A DNA stretch of 63,955 bases, filler included, from Reclinomonas americana ATCC 50394 (Eukaryota), in the NCBI GenBank assembly GCA_048213135.1. It is 8 parts of 4 records of this genome, joined end to end, with 100 filler letters (N's around TTAATTAATTAA, not from the genome) between each part and the next. Parts side by side here need not be neighbours in the genome. Positions count along the whole stretch, not along the records: positions 1 to 23,623 come from PS015611.1; 7 more parts are not named here. One strand, given 5' to 3'. The notes beneath the pieces were generated by a model. It was not told where the DNA came from and searched no databases. It saw nothing but the letters and a program-made list of their open reading frames with translations. The first letter of the stretch is position 1, and each line of letters begins with the position of its first letter. Of this stretch, positions 1 to 12,479 are shown one piece after another. The position numbers were made by a program, and so were the translations under genes.

Positions 1-1635
1 TCGACACATTTACTTGCTGCAAAATCATTGAGGCACACACTCGTACCAAACAGCAAGATGTGCACGTTGCACAGCAAGCACAGCACGATCAGCCACATAG
101 CTGAACGCAACCCGCTGGCGCCAGCATCGCAAACACACGTCGTGTCACACGGCGCGATGAATACCACCGCTGGTGTGCGGAGTGCCGAAATCCGCGAACA
201 TTGGATGTCGCGTCTCGGGTCGCTGCCAAGTCGACCATGATGGCGGTCTCCGCTCACACACCGGGCGCAACTGCAACACTTGCACGGAGCAGGCATGTCG
301 TAGACGCAAACTGCAGTCGTCGACAGCTGCTCCGTGTTGCAGTTGCTCACGCAGGGCCAGTCGTGGCAACAGTCGTGGTGAATACGGTGAGCTGCCACCC
401 ACACTGCTGAATGGCTGTAAGCCGAACCTGCCATCGGCTGCGCTAGTGAAACCTTGTTGCAGCGGTGGTACATATCCGTTATTGCGTGGAAACGTGATGA
501 CAGCACCGATCAGTCCGTCGTCAACCCACCAGCAAGAATCTGGGAGCATGCGCCAGGAGGCCAGAGCACCATCGACAGTGTCGGCCGACGCTCCCGTCCA
601 CGCATTCTTCACCAGAGTTCGACATCCACATTGCCGTCGGTGGCCGACCACGCACTGCACTGACACCACGACGTCGTCGCGATCGTCAGCAACGCGCATC
701 GGGTGGGCAGTCGATTGTCAGCGCCACGCGCACTATGCCGACAGTGTCTTGGCGAAGCCGTGTAGCACTCACACTCAACATCATCCCAAGAAGAAAGTCG
801 AGCACAGAAGGCAGCGATTGACCAAGCCGATCCAGCGGTCTCCACAATCCACCAGCAGCTGACTTGTGCGATGCGGAATGCGGCAAGGGAGACAGCCTCA
901 CCAGCGACGATGCGGAGTGAATGTGCGTAAGTTGATGCAAGTGCAAGGCTGACGTGGTATGGGTGCTACGCCTCGAGAGCTGTGCTATACGGAGTGTCAA
1001 CATCGACTCGCAAGCGAGAGCACGCTGATCTGCAGGCGACATACCATCGAGACTGGCACAGCACCGCAGTGCACAGACACAGCGCTAGCGTAGTCATGCT
1101 GTTGCTCCACACCCGTTCCTCATTCTGCTGGNNNNNNNNNNNNNNNNNNNNNNNNNNNNNNNNNNNNNNNNNNNNNNNNNNNNNNNNNNNNNNNNNNNNN
1201 NNNNNNNNNNNNNNNNNNNNNNNNNNNNNNNNNNNNNNNNNNNNNNNNNNNNNNNNNNNNNNNNNNNNNNNNNNNNNNNNNNNNNNNNNNNNNNNNNNNN
1301 NNNNNNNNNNNNNNNNNNNNNNNNNNNNNNNNNNNNNNNNNNNNNNNNNNNNNNNNNNNNNNNNNNNNNNNNNNNNNNNNNNNNNNNNNNNNNNNNNNNN
1401 NNNNNNNNNNNNNNNNNNNNNNNNNNNNNNNNNNNNNNNNNNNNNNNNNNNNNNNNNNNNNNNNNNNNNNNNNNNNNNNNNNNNNNNNNNNNNNNNNNNN
1501 NNNNNNNNNNNNNNNNNNNNNNNNNNNNNNNNNNNNNNNNNNNNNNGCACACGCACACACACACACGCACACAACGCGCATGCGCCAAAGTGAGAGCCAG
1601 TGAATGACTGAGTGGCAGGTGGAAGTCTCTCGTTT

Positions 1636-1802
1636 AGCGGGGGCTGGGCCCCCGCTGACCCCCCACAGGGGCTTCGCCCCTTGACCCCACAGGGGCTTCG
1701 CCCCTTGACCCCACAGGGGCTTCGCCCCTTGACCCCACAGGGGCTTCGCCCCTAGACCCCACAGGGGCTTCGCCCCTTGACCCCACTGGGGCTCCGCCCC
1801 AG
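1636..1802. repeat. GC-rich hairpin minisatellite: 6 x ~24-nt unit GACCCCACAGGGGCTTCGCCCCTT preceded by a separate hairpin
   Basis: Units start at about 1657, 1683, 1707, 1731, 1755 and 1779. Each contains the inverted repeat AGGGGC-TTC-GCCCCT (minus strand GGGGCGAAGCCCC). A leading hairpin AGCGGGGGC-TGG-GCCCCCGCT lies at 1636-1656. Confidence 0.95.
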
Positions 1803-2545
1803 GCCCCGTTGGCCGCCGGCTGCGCCGGCGAGAGTCCCAGGCTGCACCACCGATCGCTTTTAACACCGCATCACCTCGCACAGCGCAGATCTGCAGCGTA
1901 GCGCAGCGGTGCACATTTCATTCACCCACTGAAACCCTCGAATTCACCATCATCTCACACACAATCACTCCCCCTCACATACACCCTCAACTTTGGTCAG
2001 CAGATAGCCGCTTCCCTGCGCATCACAACGACACCAAGAGCGCGCAACGACATGGGAATCTCAGACCGCAATCTGTTCCACACTGTTTTGGCGCCCAACC
2101 ACCTCATCACACACGACGCCTACCCCATAGCGCGATTCCGGCAAGAAAGAGGAGCAGAATGACCCTCAAACGACCCCACTTGCGTGCAAGATTAACTCGG
2201 TAATCCTTGGTTACGTTCTCAGGGGGGAGAACTCGGATGGGGACATTTGACTGACCATACAGCTTCGCGTATTTTCAATCCGCTCGCAACAAAGAAAATT
2301 AAACTCGCATTGTCTCCTCACATCTCGCGCCATTTCTCTCCCCTGCCCGAGCTGCAGCCGCTTTCACTTCCTGCACCTGATCTTGGTGACGTGCCCTTGG
2401 CACAACGACGCTTGTCTCGGAACAATGAAATACTGACTCAAGAAATTGACACTTCACTTCGAACTCACACTCGCTTGACTCAACTGACGCTGGGGGCGCG
2501 CAGCCTTCGCGTGGCGCGGAGGCCAGCAACAGGCGACACCTTCTA

Positions 2546-3671
2546 TCATGCTTCACGCCACCCAGGGGCCCGACGCTGCACCAACTCTGCATCCTCCAAC
2601 ACAAAACACCGCAGCACGACGTCGACCAGGATCCAGTCGCGATCATCGTCAACAAGGAGCTCGTTGATGGCCTGCACGGCCGAACGTGCTGTCGCGAGCT
2701 CCTGTTGGGCGAGTCCATGCGGTGTGGACCACACTCGTATCATGCCATCTCCGTCTCCACTCACAATGCGCTGGCCACTGGGAATAACAACAACAGATGA
2801 CACCCACTCGGTATGTCCTTCCAGTCGTCGCACCTCTGCGCCGTCGGCAAGTGACCACACCCGCACTGTCTTGTCTTCACCACCACTTACAACAAATTCA
2901 CCATCAGGTGTGATTGCCACACACTGCACCTCTCCAGTGTCCCCTTCAAGCCGCCGCTCCTCCTCACCGGTGGCCAGAGACCACAACCGAATCGTCATGT
3001 CCACGCCCCCACTCACAATGTGCTGACCATCGAGAGTGACGGTGACACACAACACGGTTCCCGCGTGTCCCTCAAGCCGTCGCACCTCCTCGCCAGTGGC
3101 CAGTGACCACAGTCGCACGGTCTTGTCAGCGCTGCCACTGACAACGTGCTGACCATCGGGGGTGATCGCGACCGAGTACACGGTGCCAGTGAGTCCCTCC
3201 AACCGTCGCACTTCTTCGCCTGTGGCCAGTGACCACACACGCACTGTACGGTCAAAGCTTCCGCTCACCACGTGCGAGCTATCGGGAGTGACGGCAACAG
3301 ACAACACCCCCCAGATGTGTCCCTCCAACCGGCGCACTTCTTCTCCACTCGCCAGTGACCACACACGCACAGTTCTGTCATCACCGCCGCTCACAATGTG
3401 CTGACCGTCGGGAGTTACGGCGATGAAATTCACCGCGTCAGTGTGTCCCTCCAACCGTCGAACCTCCTCGCCACTCGCCAACGACCACACACGCAATGCT
3501 TCGTCGCAACCGCCGCTCACAATGTGCCGACCGTCGGGAGTGACGGCGACAGACATTACAATAGCAGTGTGTCCCTTGAAGTTCTGCGCCACCCGCCTGC
3601 AGTGAGATGCACGATGAACAGACAAGAGGGGTGCTTCACACGCACACGCACACACGCACCTTTGTGATCAT
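2546..3671 (-). CDS. WD40-repeat protein, copy 1 (7 repeats + conserved C-terminal tail), apparently intact
   Basis: Seven 42-aa GH...VAVTPDG..IVSG..D..VRVWSL repeats. The likely start is the micro-exon MITK (ATG 3671), spliced GTGCGT...CAG to NFKGHT. Confidence 0.9.
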
Positions 3672-3950
3672 CCTGTTCGCGCGCGTGTGTGTGAGAATAG
3701 AAAGAGAGTGAATTGAGCTCGCATTGTCTCCTCACATCTCGCGCCATTTTATCTTCCCAGTCCAAGCTGCTGCCACCTCAACATTCTGCGCACGTAGATG
3801 CACGGATGTGAGGGTTGGACGAGAGCATCTCTGCAGATTGGCACGACGACAATAATCTCGGAATGCACGCGTACGGAAGAGGGCGGCACTTTACACTCAT
3901 ATGACTTCACTTGTCTGACCGGGCCCGGGAGGCAAGTTGCTTTCGTGTAC

Positions 3951-5043
3951 CTACCACCCGGTGGCCCGACGCTGCACCACCTCTGCGTCCTCCAGCACAA
4001 AACACCGCAGCACGACATCCACCAAAACCCAGTCGTGATCATCGTCAACAAGGAGCTCGTTGGTGGCCTGCACGGTCGAACGCGCAACCGCAAGTTCCTG
4101 TTCGGCAAGGGCACGCGCCGTGGACCACACTCGTATAATGCAATCTCCGCCTCCACTTGCAATGTGCTGGCCATCAGGAGTAACAACAACAGACGACACC
4201 CCAGAAGTGTGTCCTTCCAGTCGTCGCACTTCATCTCCACTCGCCAGCGACCATACTCGCACAGACTTGTCCACGCTGCCACTGACAACAAACTGACCAT
4301 CGGGTGTAATGGCGACAGACTTCACCCGATCAGTATGCCCCACCAGCCGTCGCACTTCCTCACCACTCGCCAGTGACCACACTCGCACAGTCTTGTCGCC
4401 ACTGCCACTCACAATGTACTGACCATCGGGAGTGACGGTGACAGCATACACTATACCTGTGTGCCCCACGCACCGTCGCACATCCTCGCCAGTTGCCAGT
4501 GACCACAGTCGCACAGTGTTATCAATGCTGTCGCTCACAATTTGGAGAACGTCGGAAGTGACTGCGACCGAGTATGCGAGCTCGGTGCCAGTGTGTCCCT
4601 CAAGCCGTCGCACTTCTTCTGCGCCAGTCGCCAGCGGCCACACTCGTATCGTCCAGTCAAAGCCCCCGCTCACTGCGTGTGACCCATCGGGAGTGACGGC
4701 GACAGACAACACGTATGCCATACCAGTGTGCTCTTCCAATCGTCAATGACCACACACGCACGGTATTGTCATCACTGCTGCTTACAATGTGCTCACCATC
4801 GGGCGTGACGGCGACCGAGTGCACACCTCTACTGTGTCCTTCCAAGAGTCGCACCTCTTCACCGCTCGCCAGCAACCACACGCGCACTGTGTTGTCGTAA
4901 CTGCCGCTGATTATGTGCCGTGACGGCGACCGAGTTCACACAGTCAGTGTGCCCCTTGAAGACCTGCACCTGCGGTGAGACGCACCAGGAACAGACAAGA
5001 AGGCGCCACCAGCACACACACACGCACGCACCTTTGTGATCAT
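3951..5043 (-). pseudogene. WD40-repeat copy 2, disrupted
   Basis: Same architecture, but split across three ORFs by deletions or frameshifts near 4740 and 4915-4920. Confidence 0.7.
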
Positions 5044-5342
5044 CCTGTTTCGCGTGCGTGTGTGTGAAAGACAGAGAGTGCATCGGACTCGCATTGTCTC
5101 CTCACATCTCGCGCCATTTTCTTTCGCCATGCAAGCTGCAGCCACGTCAACTGCCGCACGCGTTCATAAGTGGACGTGAAGGCGAATCTTTGCAGGCTGA
5201 CACGACAATGATCGTCTCGGAACATTGGCATGCAATTGGTCGGGCGAGGGTGGCACTTCACTTTACGTTCATCAGCACTTCACTCAGTCCACCGCGGGTG
5301 CGTAGCCTTCGTGTGGTATGCGATCGACAACAACGGACAGCC

Positions 5343-6213
5343 TTACCAACCAGGGGCACGGTGTTCAATCACCTCTGCATCCTCCAACACAAAACACCGC
5401 AGCACGACGTCGACCAGGATCCAGTCGCGATCATCGTCAACAAGGAGCTCGTTGATGGCTTGCACGGCCGAACGCGCGACTGCAAGCTCCTGCTGGGCGA
5501 GCGCATGCGCCGTGGACCACACTCGTATCGTGCCATCTCCGTCTCCACTCACAATGCGCTGGCCATTGGGAATAACAACAACAGATGACACCCAGGCAGT
5601 GTGTCCCTCCAGTCGTCGCACCTCCTCACCACTCGCCAGTGACCACACTCGCGCGGTCTTGTCATCACTACCACTCACAACACATTGACCATCAGGTGTG
5701 ATTGCCACACACTGCACCTCTTCAGTGTGCCCATCCAGCCGTCGCTCCTCCTCACCGGTGGCCAGTGACCACACTCGCACTGTCTTGTCCTCGCTCCCAC
5801 TCACAATATGCTGGCCATCGGGGGTGATGGCGACAGACAACACGGTTCCCTCGTGTCCCTCAAGCCGTCGCACCTCCTCGCCATTCATCAGTGACCACAG
5901 TCGCACGGTCTCGTCCCGACCCCCACTGACAACGTGCTGACCATCGGGAGTGATGGCGACTGAGAACACGGTGACAGTGTGCCCCTCAAGACGTCGCACC
6001 TCCTCGCCAGTCGCCAGTGACCACAATCGTATTGTCTTGTCAGAGCTTCCGCTCACCGCGTGTGAACTATCGGGAGTGACGGCGACACAGAACACCGTTC
6101 CATCGTGTCCTTCCAACACATGCACTTCCTCGCCAGTCGCCAGTGACCACACTCGCATTGTCTCGTCATCACCGCCGCTCACAATGTGCTCACCGTCGGG
6201 CGTGACAGCGATC
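5343..6213 (-). CDS. WD40-repeat protein, copy 3 (5' end in gap)
   Basis: Open frame with about 6 WD40 repeats and the tail ending ...EHRAPGW*. Confidence 0.85.
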
Positions 6214-6721
6214 NNNNNNNNNNNNNNNNNNNNNNNNNNNNNNNNNNNNNNNNNNNNNNNNNNNNNNNNNNNNNNNNNNNNNNNNNNNNNNNNNNNNNNN
6301 NNNNNNNNNNNNNNNNNNNNNNNNNNNNNNNNNNNNNNNNNNNNNNNNNNNNNNNNNNNNNNNNNNNNNNNNNNNNNNNNNNNNNNNNNNNNNNNNNNNN
6401 NNNNNNNNNNNNNNNNNNNNNNNNNNNNNNNNNNNNNNNNNNNNNNNNNNNNNNNNNNNNNNNNNNNNNNNNNNNNNNNNNNNNNNNNNNNNNNCACCTC
6501 GCGCCATTTCTCTCCCCTGCCCGAGCTGCAGCCGCTTTGACATTCTGCACCTGGTCGTACGTGGTTGCGGAGGTTGGGTGATGTGCCGGTTGTGACAAAG
6601 ACGCTTGTGAAACACTGACTCAAGAAATTGACACTTCACTTAACACTCGCTTGATTCAACTGACGCTGGGGGCGCGCAGCCTTCGTGTGGCGCGGGGGTC
6701 AGCAACAGGCGACACCTTCTA

Positions 6722-7848
6722 TCATGCTTCACGCCACCCAGGGGCCCGACGCTGCACCACCTCTGCATCCTCCAACACGAAACACCGCAGCACGACATCC
6801 ACCAGGATCCAGTCGCGACCATCGTCAACAAGGAGCTCGTTGATGGCCTGCACGGTCGAACGCGCAACCGAGAGCTCCTGTTCGGCGAGCCCGCGCGCCG
6901 TGGACCACACTCGTATCGTGCGATCTGCGCCTCCACTCACGATGTGCTGGCCATCGGGGGTGACGGCAACAGACGGCACCCAGGCAGTGTGTCCCTCCAG
7001 TCGTCGCACCTCCTCCCCGTTGGCAAGTGACCACACTCGAGCGGTCTTGTCATCACTACCACTCACAACAAATTGACCATCGGGTGTGGTGGCGACAGAA
7101 TACACTGCATTAGTGCGCCCCTCCAGCCGTCGCACCTCCTCACCGGTGGCCAGTGACCACACTCGCACTGTTTTGTCCTCGCCCCCACTCACAATGCGCT
7201 GGCCATCGGGAGTGATGGCGACGGCATGCACTATACCTGTGTGCCCCACGCATCGTCGCTCTTCCTCGCCAGTGGCGAGTGACCACAGTCGCACCGTCTT
7301 GTCAGCGCTGCCACTGACAGCGTGCAAACCGTCGGGGGTGACGGCAACAGACCACACCGTGTAAGTGTGCCCCTCAAGACGTCTCACCTCCTCGCCAGTC
7401 GCCAGTGACCACACTCGAATTGTCTTGTCATCGCCCCCGCTCACCACGTGTGAACCATCGGGAGTGGTGGCAACACAGAACACCAACCCATCGTGTCCTT
7501 CCAACACATGCACTTCCTCGCCAGTCGCCAGCGACCACACACGTACAGTACTGTCATCACTGCCGCTCACAATGTGCTCACCGTCGGGCGTCAGGGCGAC
7601 TGAATTCACACATTCTGTGTATCCTTTCAGCCGCCACACCTCGCCGCCACTGGCTACACACCACACTCGTACTGTGTCGTCGTAACTGCCACTCACAACG
7701 TGCTGACCATCGGGAGTGACGGCGACAGACAGCACGCTGAAAGTGTGTCCCTTCAGAATCTGCGCCCGCGCAATGGCGGTGAGATGCACCAGGAGCAGGC
7801 AACAAGGCGCCACCAGTCATACACACACGCACGCACCTTCGAGATCAT
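6722..7848 (-). CDS. WD40-repeat protein, copy 4 (7 repeats + tail), apparently intact
   Basis: Micro-exon MISK (ATG 7848), then an intron, ILKGHTFSV and seven repeats, ending ...RRAPGWREA*. Confidence 0.9.
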
Positions 7849-8154
7849 CCTGTTCTCGCGCGCGTGTGTGTGTGTGTGTGAAAGACAGAGAGTGCATCGG
7901 ACTCGCACTGTCTCCTCACATCTCGCGCCATTTTCTTTCGCCATGCAAGCTGCAGCCACGTTAACTGCCGCACACGTTCATACGTGGACGTGAATGTAGA
8001 TGAGTGCATCTTTGCAGGCTGACACGACATCTGTCGTCTCGGAACAATGATACATTGTAACACTTCTTGACCCTCGAGCTCGCTTGACTAAAGTGACGCT
8101 GGGGGCGCGCAGCCTTCGCATGGCGCGGAGGCCAGCAACAGGCGACACCTTCTA

Positions 8155-10006
8155 TCATGCTTCACGCCACCCAGGGGCCCGACGCTGCACCACCTCTGCG
8201 TCCTCAAGCACGAAGCACCGCAGCACGACATCGACGAGAACCCAATCGCGATCATCGTTGATGAGCAGCTCGTTGATGGCCTGCACGGCCGAACGTGCTA
8301 CCGAGAGCTCCTTTTCGGCGAGCCCGCGCGCCGTGAACCACATGCGCACCATCTTGTCTCGACCACCACTCGCAATGTGCTGACCAGCGGGAGTGACGGC
8401 GACAGAATTCACCACGTCCGTGCACCCGTCGACGTCCAGTCGTCGCACCTCCTCACCACTCGACAGTGACCACACTCGCAACGTCTTGTCATCACTGCCA
8501 CTGACGACAAACTGACCGTCGGGTGTGGTGGCGACAGAATACACTGCATTAGTGTGCCCCTCCAGCCGTCGCATCTCCTCACCGGTGGCCAGTGACCACA
8601 CTCGAATCGTCATATCTTCGCCTCCACTCACAATGTGCTGACCATTGGGAGAGACGGCGACAGACAACACGTTCGCAGCGTGTCCCTGACACCGTCGCAC
8701 CTCCTCGCCAGTGGCCAGTGACCACAGTCGCACGGTCTCGTCCCGACTGCTACTCACAATGTGCTGGCCGTCAGGGGTGACGGCGACCGAGAACACGGTG
8801 CCAGTGTGCCCCTCAAGAAGTCGCACCTCCTCGCCTGTGGCCAGTGACCACACACGGNNNNNNNNNNNNNNNNNNNNNNNNNNNNNNNNNNNNNNNNNNN
8901 NNNNNNNNNNNNNNNNNNNNNNNNNNNNNNNNNNNNNNNNNNNNNNNNNNNNNNNNNNNNNNNNNNNNNNNNNNNNNNNNNNNNNNNNNNNNNNNNNNNN
9001 NNNNNNNNNNNNNNNNNNNNNNNNNNNNNNNNNNNNNNNNNNNNNNNNNNNNNNNNNNNNNNNNNNNNNNNNNNNNNNNNNNNNNNNNNNNNNNNNNNNN
9101 NNNNNNNNNNNNNNNNNNNNNNNNNNNNNNNNNNNNNNNNNNNNNNNNNNNNNNNNNNNNNNNNNNNNNNNNNNNNNNNNNNNNNNNNNNNNNNNNNNNN
9201 NNNNNNNNNNNNNNNNNNNNNNNNNNNNNNNNNNNNNNNNNNNNNNNNNNNNNNNNNNNNNNNNNNNNNNNNNNNNNNNNNNNNNNNNNNNNNNNNNNNN
9301 NNNNNNNNNNNNNNNNNNNNNNNNNNNNNNNNNNNNNNNNNNNNNNNNNNNNNNNNNNNNNNNNNNNNNNNNNNNNNNNNNNNNNNNNNNNNNNNNNNNN
9401 NNNNNNNNNNNNNNNNNNNNNNNNNNNNNNNNNNNNNNNNNNNNNNNNNNNNNNNNNNNNNNNNNNNNNNNNNNNNNNNNNNNNNNNNNNNNNNNNNNNN
9501 NNNNNNNNNNNNNNNNNNNNNNNNNNNNNNNNNNNNNNNNNNNNNNNNNNNNNNNNNNNNNNNNNNNNNNNNNNNNNACTGTACGGTCAAAGCTTCCGCT
9601 CACCACGTGCGAGCTATCGGGAGTGACGGCAACAGACAACACCCCCCAGATGTGTCCCTCCAACCGGCGCACTTCCTCGCCTGTAGTCAGTGACCACACA
9701 CGCACGGTTCTGTCATCACCGCCACTGACAATGTGCTGACCGTCGGGAGTGACAGCGACCGAGTTCACCGAGTCAGTGTGTCCCTCCAACCGTCGCACCT
9801 CCTCGCCACTCGCCACCGACCACACACGCAATGCTTCGTCGCAATCGCCGCTCACAATGTGCCGACCGTCGGGAGTGACGGCGACAGACATTACAATAGC
9901 AGTGTGTCCCTTGAAGCACTGCGCCACCCGCCTGCAGTGAGATGCACGAGGAACAGACAAGAAGGGTGCTTCACACGCACACGCACACACGCACCTTTGT
10001 GATCAT
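8155..10006 (-). CDS. WD40-repeat protein, copy 5 (gap inside; may be halves of two copies)
   Basis: Three repeats 5' of gap 8858-9577, and four repeats plus the tail 3' of it. The gap edges abut in repeat register. Confidence 0.75.
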
Positions 10007-11137
10007 TCTCTTCGCGCGCGTGTGTGTGAGAAAGAGAGTGAATTAGGCTCGCATTGTCTCCTCANNNNNNNNNNNNNNNNNNNNNNNNNNNNNNNNNNNN
10101 NNNNNNNNNNNNNNNNNNNNNNNNNNNNNNNNNNNNNNNNNNNNNNNNNNNNNNNNNNNNNNNNNNNNNNNNNNNNNNNNNNNNNNNNNNNNNNNNNNNN
10201 NNNNNNNNNNNNNNNNNNNNNNNNNNNNNNNNNNNNNNNNNNNNNNNNNNNNNNNNNNNNNNNNNNNNNNNNNNNNNNNNNNNNNNNNNNNNNNNNNNNN
10301 NNNNNNNNNNNNNNNNNNNNNNNNNNNNNNNNNNNNNNNNNNNNNNNNNNNNNNNNNNNNNNNNNNNNNNNNNNNNNNNNNNNNNNNNNNNNNNNNNNNN
10401 NNNNNNNNNNNNNNNNNNNNNNNNNNNNNNNNNNNNNNNNNNNNNNNNNNNNNNNNNNNNNNNNNNNNNNNNNNNNNNNNNNNNNNNNNNNNNNNNNNNN
10501 NNNNNNNNNNNNNNNNNNNNNNNNNNNNNNNNNNNNNNNNNNNNNNNNNNNNNNNNNNNNNNNNNNNNNNNNNNNNNNNNNNNNNNNNNNNNNNNNNNNN
10601 NNNNNNNNNNNNNNNNNNNNNNNNNNNNNNNNNNNNNNNNNNNNNNNNNNNNNNNNNNNNNNNNNNNNNNNNNNNNNNNNNNNNNNNNNNNNNNNNNNNN
10701 NNNNNNNNNNNNNNNNNNNNNNNNNNNNNNNNNNNNNNNNNNNNNNNNNNNNNNNNNNNNNNNNNNNNNNNNNNNNNNNNNNNNNNNNNNNNNNNNNNNN
10801 NNNNNNNNNNNNNNNNNNNNNNNNNNNNNNNNNNNNNNNNNNNNNNNNNNNNNNNNNNNNNNNNNNNNNNNNNNNNNNNNNNNNNNNNNNNNNNNNNNNN
10901 NCATCTCGCGCCATTTTCTCTTCCCAGTCCAAGCTGCTGCCATCTCAACATCCTGCGTACGTAGATGGACGGATATGAGGGTTTGGCGAGAGCATCTCTG
11001 CAGATTGGCACGACGACAATAATCTCGGAATGCACGCGTACGGAAGAGGGCGGCAATTCACTTTTGCACTATAGCTAACATGCATATATATGCACTTCAC
11101 TCAGTCTGGCACCGGGAGGCAAGTTGCTTTCGTGTAC

Positions 11138-12237
11138 CTACCACCCAGTGGCCCGACGCTCCACCACCTCTGCATCCTCCAACACAAAACACCGCAGAAC
11201 GACGTCGACCAGGATCCAGTCGCGAGCATCCTCGTCAACAAGGAGCTCGTTGACGGCTTGCACGGCCAACCGTGCGACCACGACCTCCTGCCCGGCAAGC
11301 GCACGTGCCGTGGACCACATTCGTATCGTGCAATCTCCGTCTCCACTCACAATGCGCTGGCCATTGGGAGTAACAACAACAGACGACACCCCAGAAGTGT
11401 GCCCCTCCAGTCGTCGCACCTCTTCGCTACTCGCCAGCGACCATACTCGCACAGACTTGTCCACGCTGCCACTGACAACAAACTGACCATCGGGTGTGAT
11501 GGCGACAGAAAACACTGCACGAGTGTGCCCCTCCAGCCGTCGCACCTCCTCACCGGTGGCCAGTGACCACACTCGCACTGTCTTGTCCTCGCCCTCACTC
11601 ACGATGTACTGACCATCGGGTGTGACGGTGACAGCTTGCACTACATCTGTGCACCCCACGCATCGTCGCACCTCCTCGCCAGTTGCCAGTGACCATAGTC
11701 GCACGGTCTTGTCAGCGCTGCCACTGACAGCGTGCAAACCGTCGGGGTTGACGGCGACCGAGAACACGGCGCCAGTGTGCCCCTCCAACCAGTGACCACA
11801 CACGCACTGTACGGTCAAAGCTCCCGCTCACCACGTGCGAGCTATCGGGAGTGACGGCAACACACAGCACCCCCCAGTTGTGTCCCTCCAGCCGATGCAC
11901 TTCCTCGCCAGTCGCCAGTGACCACACACGCACAGTTCTGTCATCACCGCCACTGACAATGTGCTGACCGTCGGGAGTGACGGCGACCGAGAACACACCT
12001 CTACTGTGTCCCTCCAACCGTCGCACCTCTTCGCCTGTGGCCAGTGACCACACACGCATTGTTTTGTCGTATCCGCCGCTCACAATGTGTTGACCATCGG
12101 GAGTGACAGCGACAGTCGTCACCACATTGTGGTGCCCCTTGAAGATCTGCACCACCCGCCACATGTGAGATGCACCAGGAGCAGGCAACAAGGCGCCACC
12201 AGCACACACACACACACGCACGCACCTTCGTGATCAT
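11138..12237 (-). pseudogene. WD40-repeat copy 6, frameshifted
   Basis: A deletion near 11790 (the ATGEEVRRL segment is lost) splits the gene into ORFs 11712-12221 and 11138-11818. Confidence 0.7.
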
Positions 12238-12479
12238 CCTGTTCGCGCGCGCGCGTGTGTGGTGAGAGAGAGAGAGAATTGGGCTCGCAGCGCATTGTCT
12301 CCGCGCCATTTTCTCTTCCCTGTCCAAGCTGCTGCCACCTCAACATTCTGCACACGTAGATGCACGTATGTGAGGGTTGGGCGAGAGCATCTCTGCAGAA
12401 TGGCACGACGACAATAATCTCGGAATGCACGCGTACGGAAGAGGGCGGCACTTTACTCTNNNNNNNNNNNNNNNNNNNN

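Noticed and set aside
1..1131. Overlapping ORFs 145-699 (-) and 173-862 (+)
   Set aside because: I found no recognisable domain and no self-consistent exon chain.
1657..1802. CRISPR-like palindromic repeat, or the WGQGAKPL repeat ORF (1120-1914)
   Set aside because: There are no unique spacers and no cas genes, the context is eukaryotic, and the ORF is simply translated minisatellite.
2247..11566. Long plus-strand ORFs antisense to the WD40 genes, and antisense ORFs over the dynein, lectin and coiled-coil genes
   Set aside because: These are shadow frames of GC-rich, codon-biased coding sequence.
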